64,000 bases of DNA, from assembly GCF_009914755.1 (NCBI RefSeq), contig NC_060936.1; one strand, 5' to 3'. A model generated the notes under the pieces. It was not told where the DNA came from, did not search any database, and worked only from the letters and a program-made list of their open reading frames with translations. How positions within the stretch are numbered: position 1 is the first letter of the stretch; every line of letters starts with the position of its first letter. The DNA is from the human T2T-CHM13v2.0 reference genome, Homo sapiens. A program made the position numbers and the translations under genes. Below are positions 58,711-64,000 of the stretch, in pieces.

Positions 58711-58990
58711 GAGTTTTTGAGCATATATATGTGTATGAATGCTCAAAAACTCAAAAAAGTTATATATATTATTATATAAATATATATATATTCAAAACAG
58801 TTGTTTAATTTATTAAATTTAAATAAATATATATTCAAAATAGTTAATTTATTAAATTTAAATAATAAAATTTTATCCCAGTTGTATAATTTATTAAATT
58901 TATATAATAAATATTAAAACTTATTAATTTTTAATAAATTTATTACATTATTAATACATTAATAATCTAATTTAACTATAATTAATGAAA
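58711..58990. repeat. Perfect 14-bp inverted repeat followed by an AT-rich low-complexity tract with internal duplications
   Basis: gagtttttgagcat-N14-atgctcaaaaactc, followed by a repeated tatattcaaaa..taatttattaaatttaaata unit. Confidence 0.9.
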
Positions 58991-61415
58991 ATGGGTACTA
59001 TAAAGATTGACCTAATTTCCTTTTGACTCCCTTCCCTCTCCATCCCAACTATCTTGAGCAAAGTTTGTCTTTTGAAGTAAAATGGTGGTATTGATTTAAG
59101 GCCTTGTTGCTCCAGAAGTTTTAAGGTTTGACATATTTGATTAGTAGTTACTGTTGAGTCTCTGCCTTCTGAAATATTTTATTTTCTTCCCATTGCCTTA
59201 ACAACCCCTGCCTTTCCATTAAACAAGCCAAACATGTCCAATGGCTAATGTAGGGAAGACTGTTTTCCTCCTTTTGCCTAATTTACAACCTACTTGGCTA
59301 ATTCTTCATCATCTGTGGTTCTGTTTTAGTATTACTGGTAGTATGAATTTTATGATTATTAATGAAAATTGGTTTCTAACAAAATGGAAAATTTGGTAAA
59401 GAAACATTTAATCCAATAAAATATTTTAAAAAGTCACTTAATGTAATCATTCAGTGGCATGATATTCCACTCATAAGTAAGAGCTAAAAGGTAAAACCAC
59501 TACATTAAAATAGTCACGTTATTTCTAAAAATTAACCAATCTATGCTGGTTACTCAAAATAATTCCTGACATCATTATCAAGAAGCAGGCATCAGGAGTG
59601 CCAGATTTAGTTTCAGAATAATATTTTAAAATGAAAATTAATTAGGTATGATCTGTACAATAAATCAGCTTCAGTAAGAAATGAACTCTTCAAGGTAAAT
59701 GTAAACTAACACACATGCTATTCCTTATTTAAGAGTCATATTCAAGAGAGATTCAGGCAAAACTTTCAAATGCTACCTTTCAGTATCATACTTGAAAAAT
59801 ATGTCATTACTTTTCTTTATAGAATTCATGAAGTAACTTGATTAACAATGTATATAATGCAATTTTTTTCTAAGATACTTAAGCATATGTAACCTCCTAC
59901 ACAGTTGTGATTGTTCTTTTCTATAGGTCCCCAGGCATACAGCTATTGCTATATAACAAATCCGCTCCAAAACTTTGTAGCATACAACAATAAGTATTTA
60001 TTATGGAAAAATGCTGGAAATTTTTTTTCCAGCTGGAAAAAGTATTATGTATTTATGGGACTGTGGTGAGTTGACTGCATTGGAAAAATGTAACTAAAAG
60101 TGTTTAAAATGGCCAGGACAGATTTTTTTTTGGTTAGGAAAAGAATTTCTGCTCCAATTAAAAGTGCTTCAAGGAATATTACTCATAACCTTCACATCAT
60201 GAATGCCTTTTGAATTTTTGTCTATAATCCTAGTAACATACCCTATAAAGACCCTTGATATTTAATATATACTCTACAACAGTACAACATTCATATAATA
60301 ATGAAAACTTACTATGGATGTATATTAAGTGATTTATATCATTTTCATTCTGTAACCTGCAGTACCTTCACAAAAAAATACATAGTTACCTATAAGTTGT
60401 ATAATCACGTAACTTTAAAATACTTTTCAAGGGACTTCTACAAAAGTTTGCCAACTTTGGGACAATTCTGTCACAAACGGTTTCAAATATTTTGTGAAAA
60501 ACAAAAATCTATGTTATATAAAGAGAAGGTAAATGTGGGTAATACTAGCACAACTTTAGTCCATTATGGGTTGTGATATGTATATTTACCACTTGTTATC
60601 TGAATTATTTTTCCTATGTTTATTTATAATAAAAAAGTTAGAAATGTTAAAGCTTAAAAACTACATGAATAAATTATAATAAACTTACGTAGTATCCTAA
60701 GTATGAAGCTTTTCAAGGTTGAGATGCCTCCAGGAGATAGAGTAGCTCTCTTCATTTCTCCTCCATTTTCATTTCATTATAGTACTTACAGTTTAACTAC
60801 TTGATCTTACCTTGACCAGCAAAATTCAGGAGGCAATGACATACATTACCAAGCCCAGAAAGGTTGTAAAATCAACACTAAATTGTTTTCAGTTTGGTTT
60901 TTATGATCTATAGTTAAAATGTCATAATAAATAAAGCAAGTGTTTAAAAAATAATGGAAAAGAGAAGAATGAGAGGATTTAATACAACATGGGAACTGTT
61001 TTCTCATTTCATTAAGCATGACCTCAATTTAAATAATATTTTAAAAATTATAATGGAAAAAGTTTAAAAGTAATGCAGTAGTGTTATAATTATTCATCTT
61101 CATTTAGTGTATGCTCTATTCAGTTAGGCATTACAGTAAATATTTACACATGTATCTTTACTCTTCACTTCCTTATAGTGTGGAATATATGGATACGGAT
61201 ATGAATACAATGTATGTATATTGGTGAAGAAACTGAAGCTCAAGTTGTTTACATTTCTTCCTAAAATGTGAGCCTACTCTTTCCCAGCCTCAGGATCTAC
61301 ATTCTCTTTTTACAGATGAGGGCTTTGCTACCAGGGAGCTTAAGAGTCTTACTAATGTATTCCTCTATTGTCTAAACCCTTAATTTGAAAAATTCCATGG
61401 AGAATGTTGTATATA

Positions 61416-61417
<2 letters not shown>

Positions 61418-61461
<44 letters not shown>
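61418..61461. repeat. (TA)n microsatellite
   Basis: About 22 pure units. Confidence 0.97.
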
Positions 61462-61464
<3 letters not shown>

Positions 61465-62014
61465 CACACATACATTTTTACATATATAAACATTCTTCCA
61501 TTTGAAAAAAATGCATCGTCTAGTCTCAACCTTCTTTTGTTACAAAAGAAAAGACTAAAAACCCTGGTGAAAATGAAACCTGAAATGTCTATTAAAATCT
61601 GATATTTTAGACATAAACTTCTGAACATTTATTATCCTCTTTTATTGCCTAGGTGTGGAGCACCAACACTATTCCCTTAATTCTAACACACGTGATGTGC
61701 TAAAACACATACATAGACAATGTAATTATCCTCATGATACCATTTTGCTTCACCATCTTAATTTACTTGACTGTACATTTCTTACAGGGTTTATTGCTAT
61801 TATTTTAAATATAGTGCAGGGATCATTACATATTTGGAGTGTTCCATAAATACTTGCAAGCTGATGTTAGTTTAGCATAGCGCCCTTAAAAGCCCAAATA
61901 AACTAATAGCTTGTCAGTATTTTAAGCTGGTAACCCAGAATGGAACTAAGTCAAAGAAAGGGGAAAAGAAACACATATTTAAAATGTACTAACTCATATC
62001 CAGATAGCATTTCT

Positions 62015-62326
62015 TTTTCTTTTTCTTTCTTTTTTTTTTTTTTTTTTTTGAGACAGAGTCTCGCTCTGTCGCCCAGGCTGGAGTGGCGCAATCTCGGCTC
62101 ACTGCAAGCTCTGCCTCCCGGGTTCATGCCATTCTCCTGCCTCAGCCTCCCCAGCAGCTGGGACTACAGGCGCAACCCGCCACACCCGGCTAATTTTTTT
62201 GTATTTTTAGTAGAGACAGAGTTTCACCGTGTTAGCCAGGACGGTCTTGATCTCCTGACCTTGTGATCCGCCCGCTTCAGCCTCCCAAAGTGCTGGGATT
62301 ACAGGCATGAGCCACCGCGCCCGGCC
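62015..62326 (-). mobile_element. AluY
   Basis: Perfect 14-bp TSD cagatagcatttct (62001-62014 / 62327-62340); AluY diagnostics; 5-nt deletion (ggagtggcgc). Confidence 0.96.
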
Positions 62327-62349
62327 CAGATAGCATTTCTACCTGCGGT

Positions 62350-62620
62350 ATCTAAAGAAGCATCACCTCCTCTTTAAAGTCTTCCTTGGCCTTTCCAAGC
62401 CATTAATCACTCATCTGTGACATGAAATTGTCTTTTGTGTCTTCTCTGTTATATAATGTGTACAATTACCTTGTAAACATTTATTTATATTCTTGTATGT
62501 CTTAGAAATGGTGAATGATCTGAAGTCAGAGATTAAGCCTTGTTCATCTTTATGTCCCATGGCTGGCATAGCGCTTGATACATATGTGCCCAATAGGTAT
62601 TTGAGAAATGAATGAGAAAA
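62350..62620 (+). mobile_element. L2 3' fragment
   Basis: catcacctcctc...ttcatctttatgtccc...tggcatag...aatgaatga. Confidence 0.65.
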
Positions 62621-63189
62621 CAATGAAAATTTCTTTAAGCTATGTGGCTCCACTATTGCTATTGTGCTTGGGCCTGTACTCTAGTATGTTTTTGTTACTT
62701 GAAAGACATGTTCTTTAAAGTGGAACTTTCATTTCTTGAAAATATATTGACTACTTCTCTGGTCGGATGCCAGTCTGGTCAATCTATATTGCAAACCTGA
62801 TTGAGAAAGGCAAGACCCATCACTCTTACTCTCCTAGGCCAGAGGAATTGCTACCCCTGACCTCACACCACTATCAGCCCTAAATTTAACTCCAACTCTT
62901 AAGTGGTCAAAAGACTTCAGAGAAGTAAAAATGAGCATTATTCACAAAAATAGAGAAGACTCTACCCTAGATTTGTGGAGATAGTTTATTACTGAATGAA
63001 TTAATTTTGTGGAACTAAATATCCATTTATTAATCATATTAGTTGTTGGATTAAAGTGTATATGCTTTTAGAAAATGCCATTAGGTAAGTTTTAGCTGTA
63101 TCTTAAATAAAAACACTACTGGGATTTCTTGAAGGTTAAATATCAAAAGGAAGCTTAAGTATATATTAAATACTGACTTTAAGCTAATT

Positions 63190-63350
63190 TAATTTTCATA
63201 AAAACTCTTAAAAGTAGAAATTAATGTTCCCACTATACAGATAAGAAACCAAAGCAGAAAAGTGAATAAACTTGTCTAATTTACAAAGCGGTTAAGTGAT
63301 AAAACTGATATGAACCCAACTCTGTTTACCTTAAAACCCGTAATTTTTCC
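63190..63350 (-). mobile_element. MIR
   Basis: cccactatacagataagaaacc...aacttgtcta...tgaacccaactctg. Confidence 0.6.
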
Positions 63351-64000
63351 AATATACAATACTTTTCCACTGTATTTTAATATTTCTATGTATACGATAT
63401 AATTCTACATGTTTGATTTTTTTTAACGTGAGCGTACATCTTATGGAGAAGCATGCTTTGAGAAGGGAATATTTTGCTTGTGATTAGATTTATTCTTCCT
63501 TAGTGGAGAAAATATCCATGACCAGAAACCATGGCAACACAGAAAGAGAACATGAATTTCGTGAAGCAAGAAGAAAACTTTTAGATAAAGAAGATTTTTG
63601 TTTTTTTCTTGAAAACGTCTTTAAGAATGCTGTAGATGAGGAAAACAAGTATCTGAAGATGTAGGCGATGAAGCAGTATGCTAAAAGCAAATGTTTTCTT
63701 ATGAGTTTCCTCAGTCATTAACAATAAAAATTAGCATACCAGGAACCATTTTAGGCAGTGAGGAAGTCAGCAAAGAAAATAAGATACAGTTTCTATTCAT
63801 AAAGTGTTGTAAGTTTGCACCTTTGCATGTCCCAGGAAAAATATAAAGATATGTGGGTAATTTTGAATAGTATCCAATTGAAGTCCTGTTATGATGTCTA
63901 GAATTCTTACTGCAAGGACTGGGTAAAAGGGAGGCCAGATTGAGGTGAGCTGGACTCACTCAAGTGCCTCACAGGGAGCAAAGTTTGTGTTTTCTGGAAA

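Overview
Primate (very likely human) genomic DNA, AT-rich and dominated by transposon relics (L1, Alu, MIR, L2, MaLR/ERV solo LTRs, hAT and Tigger MITEs). The only protein-coding gene I can support is the 3' half of RERG, a Ras-family small GTPase, on the minus strand. Three coding exons are present (56352-56408, 46636-46709, 44394-44801), all with canonical splice sites and consistent reading phase, followed by a ~1.3 kb 3'UTR ending near 43070. The 5' exons lie beyond the right edge. Positions 1-43000 are intergenic repeat sequence. I found no convincing new biological system. The best second-look items are: (i) a HERV-W (LTR17) solo LTR split by a twin-primed, 5'-inverted L1 whose 19-bp TSD duplicates the LTR's CCAAT box, nested in a MER33; (ii) an AATAAA inside the donor site of the 74-nt RERG exon, followed by an in-frame stop and a second AATAAA; (iii) a frame-preserving 57-nt exon that carries switch I; (iv) alternative 3'UTR poly(A) signals; (v) a perfect 14-bp inverted repeat next to an AT-only tract. 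Repeat subfamily names come from recalled consensus sequences, not from a search. Boundaries without TSDs are approximate.
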